Source: Nemertoderma westbladi
Lineage: Eukaryota > Animalia > Xenacoelomorpha
Assembly: GCA_032718475.1 (NCBI GenBank)
Contig: JAUCBJ010004844.1
Location: forward strand, 1-49,640
Reading direction: 5' to 3'
Length of the DNA stretch: 49,640 nucleotides
Under the pieces are notes generated by a model. It made no database searches. It had not been told where the DNA came from and saw only the letters and a program-made list of their open reading frames with translations. The position numbers and the translations under genes were made by a program. Shown here one piece after another: positions 12,761 through 24,425 of the stretch; the stretch's first letter is position 1, and every line of letters starts with the position of its first letter.

Positions 12761-14163
12761 TGAATTCGAAAAAATACAGTTATGTAACTTGGATAAGAAT
12801 TAATAATTATTTGTTATGTCAACAACTGATATAAACCAAATATTTGAAACACACAGTTATATAACTTAATATCAGTTCAGTTAAAAACAGTTAAATCACC
12901 ATTATTGTGTCCATAATTAATTAATTAGTTCTAATTAATATAAATTATCAATCGCGAGTGACCAATACATATTGATTTTTCAACATGGTAGAAACCCATC
13001 CCTAGGCAGTGTGTGGAGTATTAGCGACATTGTTCATCATCATGCGGCGTTCAATGTAGTCTGTCCTAAAAAAAATATTAACAATAATTCAGATAGATCA
13101 ATTAATTAGTACAAACTAATAGTAATAGTATCTTGACTTATAGTTTTAAAACATATTTATATTGCGTATAATTTACACAATATAATTTATAAATACTTCC
13201 CAAAACTAAGAACTAGAAATATTATCGGAACCTCTACAACAGTTTTATTAAACGGCCGTCGTCATATCCAGAACATCAAACTTTCTTATAAGCGACTTGT
13301 AATTGAATTGAATCCAGACCGTAAATGAATTTCGCCAACACAATGAATGTTGTATTATTGTGATTTCATAAGTTTCTCTCTATCGTCTATAGCGGTGGGG
13401 CTACGGCAATATAACAATCCTTGAGTTCTTATTGGTCAGCAACAACTGGGATGGGGGGGGGGGGGGGGGGGGGTAAGTCAAGAATTAATTGATTTCGTAA
13501 AAAAAGTTAAAGTAATGGATAAATAAATATTGTTCTTTATAAAAACAAATGTAACTAGCGTTCTAATTAACGAAATTTAGTGATTTTTAGCTCATTTAAA
13601 AGCTACACATTTCAGCATTATAAATATGTTAATAGATCGTATTGAAACTCAATGGAAGTTACTGTTTAATCCATTCCATTCAATTCATTCCATTACATTA
13701 ACTCGCTTCCTATTGCGTGCCACGGCATTTAATTCACACAATTTGTAGGCTATAATAACCCTGAGTTGAACTGTATTGTTATATTATTGCTACAGAGAGT
13801 TTAAATGTATTTCAATAACATGACGTGATGTAATAGGAACCTTGTACTGTAGATATGTATCAATGTATGACATCGTTATATTTTATATTAGATAAATTAC
13901 ATTTAATTAACCAATCATAATTGCGGACAAAACCAAACATTACCAAAGCACTATTTATAGTCAATATTATATATTAGTAAATACACTCCAATCCTCAAGT
14001 AAGTTTTCTGCTTTGTAATGTCGAATACAGAAAAGGTTTATATATGTTATCTGTATTTTCCCTCTCGAAAATTAGCTAGGCCTACAACATAAGGGAAGTG
14101 TATATCACTGAATATGACAATCTAACATATGTTATTAAATTAATAATAATAATTAAAACAATT

Positions 14164-14559
14164 ATGTTTGACCTTATTAAAGTTGGTGTGGTTGGTGTTT
14201 CTGGAAGCGGAAAGACAACATTAATTGATAACCTAACGAGTTGTAATAGAAAACGTAGTACCGAGATCCTTCCTACGGAATATGGGGCAATCATTAAAAA
14301 TAGATTTAATGATTCCATCGAATTATGGGATATCCCAGATTTGGACACCGGAATACAAAGTTTCGACAAGTTGGATTCAAACGTTACAGATATGACGTCA
14401 TACCATTTATGTCTTGTGTTCGGTAGTCATCGTTTTCGTCTGGAGGATTATCACTGGATCAAATCGGCCGGTTTCAATAAAGTAATTTACGTTCGTAGTA
14501 AATTTGATTTGGATTTGGATTCTCAGAAAGACGTTAATCGTGTCTCTATTGGTTTAGAG
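14164..14559 (+). pseudogene. Orphan copy B of exon 1 of the IRG-like GTPase
   Basis: ATG at 14164, same motifs as copy A, donor GAG|GTTAGT at 14559/14560, 132 codons. No exon 2 follows in this unit. Confidence 0.75.
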
Positions 14560-14759
14560 GTTAGTTTATGGTGGAATTTTTGGTGGAAATGTTTTATATT
14601 TCTCAAAGAATTCTTGACAGAAATTAGTAACTTTAATTTGTCAAGTTTTTTAGTACTGTTTCGACGTACCCGTTACTTTAGTTAAAAGGGTTAGTTTTCA
14701 GTTGGCTGCGTTTAAAAAGTAATTAAATTAAATTACACTCAAATTAAGTTGCCAATTTA

Positions 14760-15120
14760 CAGGGTTGCCACTCAACAGGAAAAGTTAGAATTGTCAGAAT
14801 TATAATAATTGTTTCCATGGAATTAACCAGGAAATGGTCCGGGGTTCGATATACCGGTACATAACTTTACGTTTCGTTGGCGCGGCTGGCCATGTAACTT
14901 CCATACACCATAAATGGTGACTCAAGGTTCAACTTGGTACTGAATTATATAGGTACACTATATTGGCTCGCGTGTCTTTTGTCAGTCATTGGTATGATGT
15001 TGTTTTAATTTACCGATATATTATTAAATATTAAAATTTGTCAGGGTATTTTTTCATAAGTCAGGAAAGTGTCAGAGAGAGGACAAGGAAAATTGCTACT
15101 GAAATAGGGTGGCATCCCTG
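14760..15120. mobile_element. MITE-like element, copy B
   Basis: CAGGGTTGCCAC ... GTGGCATCCCTG, TA flanks. Confidence 0.7.
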
Positions 15121-16761
15121 TAATAGCGAAACATGGAAAACGTATGTAAATGCAATATCCATGCGGACTAACTTAGTAAGGATAAACTTCTAGAACACGT
15201 CTTGAGTATTCTCCATTGTTGGGGTCCGCACTAGACTGTCGTTCCAACTCCCTGTAATCCCAAGACTCGTGGTCTCCCGCTAAGCGGCGCTGATAAACCT
15301 CTCCCAGCACCCAGGGTTACAACTTTCATTGTGAGTTTCTTGAACGGCCGGCCGCGGTTCCTCTTGAGTAAACCTGAGTAAATGAATTTAAATAATAAGT
15401 TAATTAATAAGTGAAGTCTTCTTATAGTAAGTCTAGCTCCATTGTAATTATATACGTGATTATAATAAATAAATTACCTTTCTTGTAATTGTCCCCGATC
15501 CCGAAACACTTTAATATAATATTTGATTGCGAACGAATAATTAATTATTGTAATCCGACGTAACAACTACCTACGGTAAGTAACACAGAAGTATTGTTAT
15601 TGAATGAAATGACACTGGCCGTTGCCTTTGTATAAATAAAGCCCACTGAATGTAAACTGAAACAAGTAGGCTACGGTCGCGTAGGCCTGATTGAGATGGT
15701 ATGCGCGAACAACTGTCTGTGAACTCTCTATGAACTCTGTGGTTGTATTAAAGAACGTTGTGTCAATGTAATAATAATGGATGGCTATGGCTAGCAAGGT
15801 AACAATGCAATGCGCCTGTACGCAGTGACTATAGTAAAGAACTCATTAGCATAATTAGATTGGATATTGCCTTGAATGGACGCCATCTTGAATGGATACG
15901 TTGAGTGAAAACACAGGAACATGACGTTGGATTGGGCTTATTTAAGTATCTCTTGAAAAAGTAAATATACCACGAGACTCGTCATGTTGCATTCCATAAG
16001 ATGTATATATTTTGAATATAATTTTTGATAGTATAATAGGAGTTTTTGCATAAAAACTAGCTTAAAACGCGATATTTTTTTGGAAAAAGCCGGGTTTAGC
16101 AAGATGAGTTGGTTGGGATGTCAACAAAGCTTCTGATTCGCTGTTTCTGTGGAGACAAAGGGAAAATAGCTTCAACCATTATAGATTTAACATTAAGTGA
16201 AGGGGAATAATGGTTGGTCTTTTTCACAGAATTTTCGCCTGTACATTATTTGGAAAAGTTGAGGGTTTGATGGCGGGAAAGTGACAGATTCGGGAACTAG
16301 ATTGAATTTTGCCTACAACTTTTTTTTTTTAGCTACTCTTGAGAATGATGTTTTCTATGTTTAATTAGAATTTTAAATACTAACTTTCTCCCCACCATTG
16401 AACTAATGGTAGCGTTTGAACGAATGAGAATTCTTCCTGGCTAAAATGACATCATGGTTAATGACTGAGCGTGGCTTAGAAACCACTAGTGTATTCTGAA
16501 AATAATGAAAACTTTGGCGGCCTGTAACTTTGGTTGACGTGGATGAAATTGGCTGATTTTAAGTTCATTAGAATTACTTTCTATTCATATTAAGTACTAA
16601 TTAAAACGAACTAGAATAACCTTATTTGAAATTATAGTTATAATAACATAGTTGATACAATGGATCAAACGGGCCAGCAGGGGTATGTATGGTAATTGCC
16701 TATGCATTGCGGCTAAATGCCATGGTATGTATCATTATGTAAATGCTTGTGAAATGATACT

Positions 16762-17908
16762 GGTATCGGTATCGGTAAATTGATATCGACATTGACTATT
16801 GATATTGGCATCGATATTGGTTATTGTAATTGGTATCGATATTGGTTATTTATATTGGTTATGGATATTGGTTATTGGTTATTGGTTATTGATATTGGTT
16901 ATTGGTGTCGATATTGGTTATTGATATTGGTTATTGATATTGATTATTGGTTAGTGGTTATTGATATTGGTTATTGGTATCGATATTGGTTATTGATATT
17001 GGTTATTGATATTGGTTATTGATATTGGTTATTGGTATCGATATTGGTTATTGATTATTGGTTATTGATATTGGTTATTGGTATCGATATTAAAAAGGTT
17101 ATTGATATTGGTATAGATATTGGTTATTGATATTGGTTATTGGTATCGATATTGGTTATTGATATTGGAATCGATATTGTGTATTGATATTGATATTGGT
17201 TATTGTTTATTGGTTATTGATATTGGTTATTGATATTGGTTATTGGTATCGATATTGGTTATTGATATTGGTTATTGGTTATTGGTTATTGATATTAGTT
17301 ATTGGTATCGATATTGGTTATTGATATTGGTTATTGATATTGGTTATTGATATTGGTTATTGATATTGGTTATTGATATTGGTTATTGGTTATTGATATT
17401 GGTTATTTATATTGGTTATTGATATTGATTATTGGTATAGATATTGGTTATTTATATTGGTTATTGGTATCGATATTGGTTATTTATATTGGTTATTGAT
17501 ATTGAATATTGGTTATTGGTTATTGATATTGGTTATTGATATTGATTATTGGTTAGTGGTTATTGATATTGGTTATTGGTATCGATATTGGTTATTGATA
17601 TTGGTTATTGATATTGGTTATTGATATTGGTTATTGATATTGGTGATTGGTTATTGATATTGGTTATTTATATTGGTTATTGATATTGATTATTGGTATA
17701 GATATTGGTTATTTATATTGGTTATTGGTATCGATATTGGTTATTTATATTGGTTATTGATATTGAATATTGGTTATTGGTTATTGATATTGGTTATTGG
17801 TATCGATATTGGTTATTGATATTGGTTATTGATATTGATTATTGGTTATTGATTATTGGTTATTGATATTGGTTATTGGTATCGATATTGGTTATTGATA
17901 TTGGTATC
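16762..17908. repeat. (ATTGGTTATTGAT)n compound 13-bp microsatellite, left part (interrupted by the LTR element)
   Basis: Mosaic of TATTGGT, TATTGA and GGTATCGATATT subunits. Confidence 0.95.
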
Positions 17909-18436
17909 TGTTAGCTTATCCAATTCCGCTAACACAAACCCATAGAGTGAGCCATAAAGCAATATTGGGAGCCTATTGTCAGCCCAGTAAACGGGGACAA
18001 TAGGCCCCAAAGGAGACACACACAATAAGGGTCAGGGGTTACTCCCCTGACAAGAGAGAGAACAGCAAGGGCGAAGGGAAGCACTTCAGAGGGGGGCAAA
18101 GGGTGCCAACAGGGGTATCAACCAATCAGAGGGGGGAAAGGCATCGATTGAGTAGCTATAAGGCCACCGTGCAATATAACCAGTTACCAGTAATCATACC
18201 GGTCAGTTATTCAGTTTACTCAGTCAGATCAGTAGGGTGGAACGGGGACTTCTGTCACCGTCCGCTACCGCCATTATATATTACCTATTGTGTCATACTA
18301 TGTTATATCAACTGTCAGACTATTATACCTTTATACATATTACCCAACATCAGAACTCTTTTACCTTTCACACACGGCGGGGACGCGTGGGCAGAAAACC
18401 CAAACGGATAAACCGGGATCCGTAGATCCCGTCACA
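17909..18436 (+). repeat. 5' LTR (528 bp)
   Basis: Begins TG and ends CA. I see only 2 substitutions and a 1-bp indel against the 3' LTR. Contains a CCAAT motif (about 18122) and TATA-like motifs (about 18157-18180). Confidence 0.93.
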
Positions 18437-18525
18437 GTGACAGAACTAGATCCGCCCAGCTGCCCTGACAGAGATAGAATAGAGCTACCGTCCTAGCTAG
18501 CGACGACCAGCTACTAAAGACGAAG

Positions 18526-21500
18526 ATGAGTCGAGATAGAGGAACGACACCGCCGCGGACCCCGGACGACGATCTAACGATCCGCGAGGCCACGGCGAGA
18601 CGATACGAACCCACGACGCCGGTCGATGCTACGCCGACCACGTCGACAACGAGCAACCCGGCGAACCAAGATGTGGGGGGTCGTCTACAACCGGAGAGCG
18701 AGTCGAGGGAAGGAGACGAGAAGGGAGAAGAAGAGAAAGACGAGTCGACGCGGAGCGAGGGTCGGCATACCGATGTCACCGGTCAGCCACAGACCGAGGA
18801 CGACGGACGGTCCACCGGAACGGCGACGGTGGGGCCGCCGATACAACGCCGGACCCGGAGAGATGAGGGAGATGTCGGTACCGATGTCGCCGGCCAGCTA
18901 CAGGCCGAGGACGACGAACGGTCCACCGAAGGGGCGACGGTGGGGCCGACGGTACGACGCCGGACACGGAAGGGTAGAGGAGATGTCGGCAACGAGGACG
19001 TCGGAGTCGGCGACCGGCTCCGACGAGCCTACCTCGCGACCCGAGAGCGACTGAGAGAGGCCAAAGGAGGGGCGAAGATAGACGAGGTGAGACTGAGGAA
19101 ACGACTAGGTGAGTCGAATAGACACTTTGATTACCTAATGCGTTTTGGGCAGAGAGAACTAGCCGAGGAGAGGGCGAGGGGAGTTGCCAACGAACTGATT
19201 GAACTATGGGAGTGTAGGGGTATGGAACCTAGCGTAGTGTACGTAGGGCCATACTTAGTCGATGCCCGGGGAGTAAAATTAGTGGGTTGGAAGAGACCTG
19301 AGGAGGGCGAATCCGAGGTTAACTCCGAGGATTCGGTCTCGTCGGTCGGAGGAAGTTCCGGGAGGCGGGGGAAAGTTAGTAGGACGGAGGGGCGGCGGGA
19401 GTCCGTCGCAACCGATAAGTCTGCTACATCCTCCGCGAAAGAAAGAAGGGTGCTGAAAATAAATCTGACGCATGAATTAGCGATGGTGGCGACAGAGCAG
19501 AATGAGTTAGAGAGACGATTGAGAGAGGAAACCGCATGGTTGGAGAGAGAAAGAGAGTGGGCAAGGGAGGATAGAGAGAGAGTCAAGGAGTGTAGAGAGC
19601 GGGAGATGAGAGTAGAGAGCGAGCCGGCGAGCTGGTTTGATATGCTTGCGAGAGATACCGAGTTGGCCGAGCAAAGTTTACATGATTTGCGTGCCCAGCT
19701 AAGGGGGCTTGCGCAATATCAAGCCAAACTAGACCAGCGCCGACTAGAACTGGCGCGGTTGGAAATGTCAGAGAGTGAGACCCCACTTACAGACACCGGG
19801 CGAGAGAACCAGAGCTGGTGTAGCCGTACGGGCGGGGGGGGTAATAATAGTACGTTAGAAGTAGATAATATTAATAGTACCGTAGTAAATAACCCTAATC
19901 CCTTTATTGCAGCAAATAATATTTTACCGGGTAGTAGTAATTTAAATTTAAATACAAATATTCTAAATAATAATTTCAATTCAAACCCGCAAAATAATTC
20001 GAATAATAATTTAAGTTTAGAGAATAGTAGTGATCTAAGTAATTTAAATAATTTAAATAATAATCCCGTTTCAAATTCTAATAATTTAATTGATTTAACA
20101 AATAATATTGGGAATGGTGCTATTAATATGAGCGTGTCGGACGTACATAACCCGGCAGACGGTGGCCTGGTAGGCCACGTAGTTGGTAGGCAGGGGGTAG
20201 CGGGGTTGAGCCAACCCGAAGTAGGCCTGATGGGCCACGCAGTAGTAGAGAGAGAGGCGGGGGTGAATAGACCCAGCCGTAGTAGAGACAGTGCGTCGAC
20301 TAGAGAGGGGTGTAGAGACGAAGTAAGAGATAGTGAAGTAAGATGTGGCGAGTGGGGGGGAGCTACGGGCGCCCCACCACATAAGATTAGTGGCGAGAGA
20401 GGGGGGGCAGAGAATGCCCCACAAGAGGGACGCAGAAGTGTAGTAAGAGATAGTAAAGTTAGAAGTGGCGGGTGGGGGGGGGCTACGGGCACCCCACCGC
20501 GAGAGATTAGTAGAGAGAGAGGGGGGGCAGAGAGTGTCCCACAGCCGTCAGCGGATAATGCGCGGGCCGAATCAGGTAAACCGCAACACCCGGCGACGGA
20601 GAGTAATAGGGGGATTGCGAGTATCCCCAGCGGCGTGCGATCGAGCAGAGAGAGGCAGGTTGACGTCGCGAGAGGGCAGGCGAAGCGTCGAGCCCGATCA
20701 GAAGAGAGAAGAAGAACAGTGGAGTTTAACCGGGAGGTCGACGAGAGATCTCACGAGCCGGAATACTACACAGAAAAGAGAAGAAGAGAAGATAGTAGAA
20801 GAAGTGTCGCCACGAACGATAGCAGTGCGAGGACGGATAACGGACCGTCGACAGTAGAGATGGAGTTAGGGAGTCAGTGGGGTCGAACTTCGGGAGATTG
20901 CCGTCGCCCCGGAGAAACGCACCGCACGCCAAGAGAGGGGTACAGGACGTACCAATATGAAGACGAGAGCAGGATAGGGGATCGAAGGGAAACTTCCCGA
21001 CGTGATATAGCTGCCGATCGAGAGTACGGTAGTCGCGGGGAGATTCGAGATTCGCGAAGAATAAACTTCGGTTCGGAAGGGCACATGCAGACTGCAGGAC
21101 ATACTGTAGGCCTTACTGCACATACTATTATAGGCCATGCTGGGAGAGATAGAGTAGGCGATAGGGTAGCGCGAACGACGGAATTAAACCCGGAAGTCGC
21201 GGAGTACATACCGGTAGGTAGGCGAGAGGTAGGTAGGCCTATATCGGTACAGCAGCATGACTATAATACACAGGGACATAACATATATCCAGGGGAGGGG
21301 GGAGTTATTGGAGATAGACGTATGGGCCCCAATGTATTAACATCAACCCCAGTACCAAACATACCGGCTGGGGGGGGACAGGGTGACATTCCCCCATCAC
21401 AATATCGACAATATACCCCGATAGGAGCAAGAATATCGAACTCCCTGGACGAGAGCAGGTCGTGCGGACAGTCACCACCACACGCGGCCATACAGGGGAC

Positions 21501-22107
21501 TACCAGTCCACAGTTAGCTGGTAGTAGGGCCACACCGTGGCAGGGACAGAAAGAAAATAACACTATATATAATAAACACAATCCCAATATACCCAGTAGG
21601 CCGAGTCTAGACAACCAAAACATTAGATCGGTACATATAAACCTAAGCGCGATACGTGAAGGACTATACAGGAAACGTTATAATCCAGGATTCCAATGTC
21701 AATTACATCGGGACGGAACCCATAAGACCAGGAGTTGCAAGTACTGGCAAGCGTTGCCCAAACGAGATCGTGTAGCCTACACAGACGCAAACGGACTATG
21801 TCATCGATGTGTGGTAAAAGGACACAGATCCGGAGAGTGTTGGAAAGGGAGAGGATATGAAAGGACTAAACCAGGGGCAGAGAAGCCCATTAGCAAACAT
21901 AAGGGAGTCGGGAAAGTAGGAGGAGGCGTGTTGCATACACACGCAGGACGGACACAGTGCGAGGGGGCATTGCACGGGCAGACACCGCGTATACCGAGGG
22001 ACGAGCGGGGGTCGTCGAGGGCCTTAATGCCAGCGCACATACGAAGGGGGAGGCTAGCGGAGGTAGTGTCGAAGAGAGTGTGGCGAAGAGTTAGAGGGCG
22101 CATATGA
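18526..22107 (+). CDS. gag: Gag-like protein (1193 aa) with coiled coil, Asn-rich tract and C-terminal zinc knuckles
   Basis: Uninterrupted ORF between the LTRs. CQLHRDGTHKTRSC-x20-CHRCVVKGHRSGEC (the second is CX2CX4HX4C) has BEL/Pao-type spacing. EDSVSSVGGSS followed by a charged helical region is also BEL/Pao-like. Confidence 0.8.
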   Translation: MSRDRGTTPPRTPDDDLTIREATARRYEPTTPVDATPTTSTTSNPANQDVGGRLQPESESREGDEKGEEEKDESTRSEGRHTDVTGQPQTEDDGRSTGTATVGPPIQRRTRRDEGDVGTDVAGQLQAEDDERSTEGATVGPTVRRRTRKGRGDVGNEDVGVGDRLRRAYLATRERLREAKGGAKIDEVRLRKRLGESNRHFDYLMRFGQRELAEERARGVANELIELWECRGMEPSVVYVGPYLVDARGVKLVGWKRPEEGESEVNSEDSVSSVGGSSGRRGKVSRTEGRRESVATDKSATSSAKERRVLKINLTHELAMVATEQNELERRLREETAWLEREREWAREDRERVKECREREMRVESEPASWFDMLARDTELAEQSLHDLRAQLRGLAQYQAKLDQRRLELARLEMSESETPLTDTGRENQSWCSRTGGGGNNSTLEVDNINSTVVNNPNPFIAANNILPGSSNLNLNTNILNNNFNSNPQNNSNNNLSLENSSDLSNLNNLNNNPVSNSNNLIDLTNNIGNGAINMSVSDVHNPADGGLVGHVVGRQGVAGLSQPEVGLMGHAVVEREAGVNRPSRSRDSASTREGCRDEVRDSEVRCGEWGGATGAPPHKISGERGGAENAPQEGRRSVVRDSKVRSGGWGGATGTPPREISRERGGAESVPQPSADNARAESGKPQHPATESNRGIASIPSGVRSSRERQVDVARGQAKRRARSEERRRTVEFNREVDERSHEPEYYTEKRRREDSRRSVATNDSSARTDNGPSTVEMELGSQWGRTSGDCRRPGETHRTPREGYRTYQYEDESRIGDRRETSRRDIAADREYGSRGEIRDSRRINFGSEGHMQTAGHTVGLTAHTIIGHAGRDRVGDRVARTTELNPEVAEYIPVGRREVGRPISVQQHDYNTQGHNIYPGEGGVIGDRRMGPNVLTSTPVPNIPAGGGQGDIPPSQYRQYTPIGARISNSLDESRSCGQSPPHAAIQGTTSPQLAGSRATPWQGQKENNTIYNKHNPNIPSRPSLDNQNIRSVHINLSAIREGLYRKRYNPGFQCQLHRDGTHKTRSCKYWQALPKRDRVAYTDANGLCHRCVVKGHRSGECWKGRGYERTKPGAEKPISKHKGVGKVGGGVLHTHAGRTQCEGALHGQTPRIPRDERGSSRALMPAHIRRGRLAEVVSKRVWRRVRGRI

Positions 22108-22269
22108 GGGCAGCGGGAGAGTGCCTACCGGAAGGAGGGGCACCTGAGAATGTTTAGTCGTCCAAAGTTTTGGACTGAGGGGGGTGGGAATGAGGGCGAG
22201 ACGCCCTTCCCACGCACAAAATATAAAATAATTATTTAATTAAAAATAAGAAAATAATTAAATAATAGA

Positions 22270-22285
22270 GTAGGTAGAAGTTAGG

Positions 22286-22319
<34 letters not shown>

Positions 22320-24060
22320 AAGGGTGGTACGTAGTACCTAGTTAGAGTTAGAGTTAGTAGGTACGTAGTACCGTTAGAGAGTTAGAGTTAGAGTTAGTAG
22401 GTACGTAGTACCTAGTTAGAGTTAGAGTTAGTAGGTGCGTAGTACCTAGTTAGAGTTAGAGTTAGTAGGTACGTAGTACCTAGAGTTAGAGAGTTAGTAG
22501 GTACGTAGTACCTAGAGTTAGTTAGAGAGTCAGTAGGTACGTAGTACCTAGTTAGAGTTAGAGTTAGAGGGTACGTAGTACCGATAGTTAGAGAGTTAGT
22601 AGGTACGTAGTACCTAGTTAGAGAGTTACTAGGTACGTAGTACCTAGTTAGAGTTAGAGTTAGAGGGTACGTAAGTACCGCTAGTTAGTTAGAGTTAGAG
22701 GGTACGTAAGTACCGGTTAGAGAGTAAGAGTTAGAGGGTACGTAAGTACCGGTTAGAGAGTAAGAGTTAGAGGGTACGTAAGTACCGGCTAGAGAGTAGG
22801 AGTAGTAAGAGGGTACGTTGTACCGCTAGCTAGTAGAGAGAGCTAGAGTAGTAAGAGGGTACGCTGTACCGCTAGCTAGTAGAGAGAGCTAGAGTAGTAA
22901 GAGGGTACGTAGTACCGCTAGTTAGGGGTGTTAGTAGTAGCAGTAGAGGGTTGTGGGCACCGTAAGCGCCACGTAGTTAGAGTTAGTAGGGAATGCGCTG
23001 AACTTAGTGGGGCACGGGCGTGATGATGTGTTTGATGTAAGAGCAGGGTATGTTAATTAGGGTGGGTGCCGGGCACAAGAGGTGCCGGGCACAAAAAGAG
23101 TTAGTAGAGTTAGAAGGTGCCGGGCACAAGAGGTGCCGGGCACAAAAGGAGTTAGTAAGAGTTAGTAGTAGAGTTAGTTGAGTTAGTAGAGAGTTAGTAG
23201 AGTTAGTAGAGAGTTAGTAGAGTTAGAAGGTGCCGGGCACAAGAGGTGCCGGGCACAAAAAGAGTTAGTAGAGTTAGAAGAGAGGTAGTAGAGTCAGTAG
23301 TAGTTCACATAATTAACGTACCCACTCTGCCGGCACTCAGAGCGTCACGTGTAGGCGATGAGACGTAAAGGGGGAGTAGAGGAGTGGTAGAGACGGGCAC
23401 ATAGGGTGCCAGGTAGTAGAGTTAGAGAGTTAGAGATAGAGTAGAGTGGTAGAGACGGGCACATAGGGTGCCAGGTAGTAGAGTTAGAGAGATAGAGTAG
23501 AGTAGTAGAGAGGGCACATAGGGTGCCAGGTAGTAGAGTTAGAGAGATAGAGTAGAGTAGTAGAGAGGGCACATAGGGTGCCAGGTAGTAGAGTTAGAGA
23601 GGTAGTAGTGTAGTAGAGAGGGCACATAGGGTGCCAGCTAGTAGAGTAGAGCAGAGAGGGCACATAGGGTGCCAGGTAGTAGAGCTAGAGAGGTAGTTGA
23701 GTAGTAGAAGGGCACATAGGGTGCCAGATAGTAGAATGGTTGTGGGCACCGCAAGCGCCACGTAGTTAGAAGAGTGGAATAGAGTTAGTAGAGCTAGTTA
23801 GTAGAGTTAGCAGAGCTAGTGGAGTAGAGTTAGCAGAGCTAGTGGAATAGAGTTAGTAGAGCTAGTTAGCAGAGTTGGTAGACTCAGAGGGGTCAAGTAG
23901 AGTTAGTAGAAGTAGAAAGTTAGTAGGAGTTAGTTAGACTTAGTAGAGAGTTAGAGTCAGTAGAAAGTTAGAGGCTCTCAGTTAGAGCTAGAAGTAGTAA
24001 GAGTTAGTAGTTAGCAGAGTTAGTTAGATAGTTAGAGTTAGTAAGCAGTAGGTAGATAGT
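22270..24060 (+). repeat. Purine-rich, C-poor internal tandem-repeat region carrying arrays of short hairpins
   Basis: About 17 x GGTAC-loop-GTACC (22326-22917), 3 x paired GTGCCGGGCAC (23065-23257) and about 7 x GGCACATAGGGTGCC (23396-23726), separated by AGTTAG/AGTAG/AGAG linkers. Confidence 0.9.
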
Positions 24061-24425
24061 ATGATAGCACAGGGGTAGCATTAGAGATTAAAGCCTTAGG
24101 GAGTGACAAGAGAGTGGAGAGGTAACTAGTGCGGAGTGCGAAGAGAGCGTGGGCGCAATTCAAGTGTGGGGGAGGAGAAGTGAGAGGAAGAGTGTGGGAC
24201 GAGGAGGTCCGGGGGTATGCGAGAGTTGGAGTAGAGTGGTGAGAGTGTTGGGGAAACAAAAATTGTGTGAGAGAAGCGCACGATCGGCCCGACACGAGAC
24301 GCCAGAGGGTAGTGACATCATACCCATAGGGAGCGGCCTGGAAAGCCGACTCCGAAAAAAAATATACCCACCCCACACCCGATGCTAGATCGGGATCCAG
24401 CGGAATTGTAGCGCACTTGAGTTGG

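Larger units (their letters stand above)
9600..15535 (+). repeat. Segmental duplicate B of about 1420-6897 (offset about 8.6 kb in the unique part)
   Basis: The unique sequence 4160-6897 is repeated nearly base for base at about 12760-15535. The copies diverge shortly after CCCGAAACACTTTAATATA. Confidence 0.9.

Noticed and set aside
18103-18496. ORFs within the LTRs (also 24658-25028)
   Set aside because: Broken by the 1-bp indel between the two LTRs; no protein signal.
18432-22103. Antisense and alternate-frame ORFs overlapping gag
   Set aside because: Expected shadows of a GC-rich biased ORF; no motifs.
22281-22420. Telomere-like TTAG/GTTAGA runs
   Set aside because: Not regular TTAGG or TTAGGG arrays, and internal to the LTR element.
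22326-23726. CRISPR-like repeat-spacer appearance
   Set aside because: Repeats are only 13-15 bp, spacers are low-complexity and related to each other, there are no cas genes, and the context is eukaryotic LTR.
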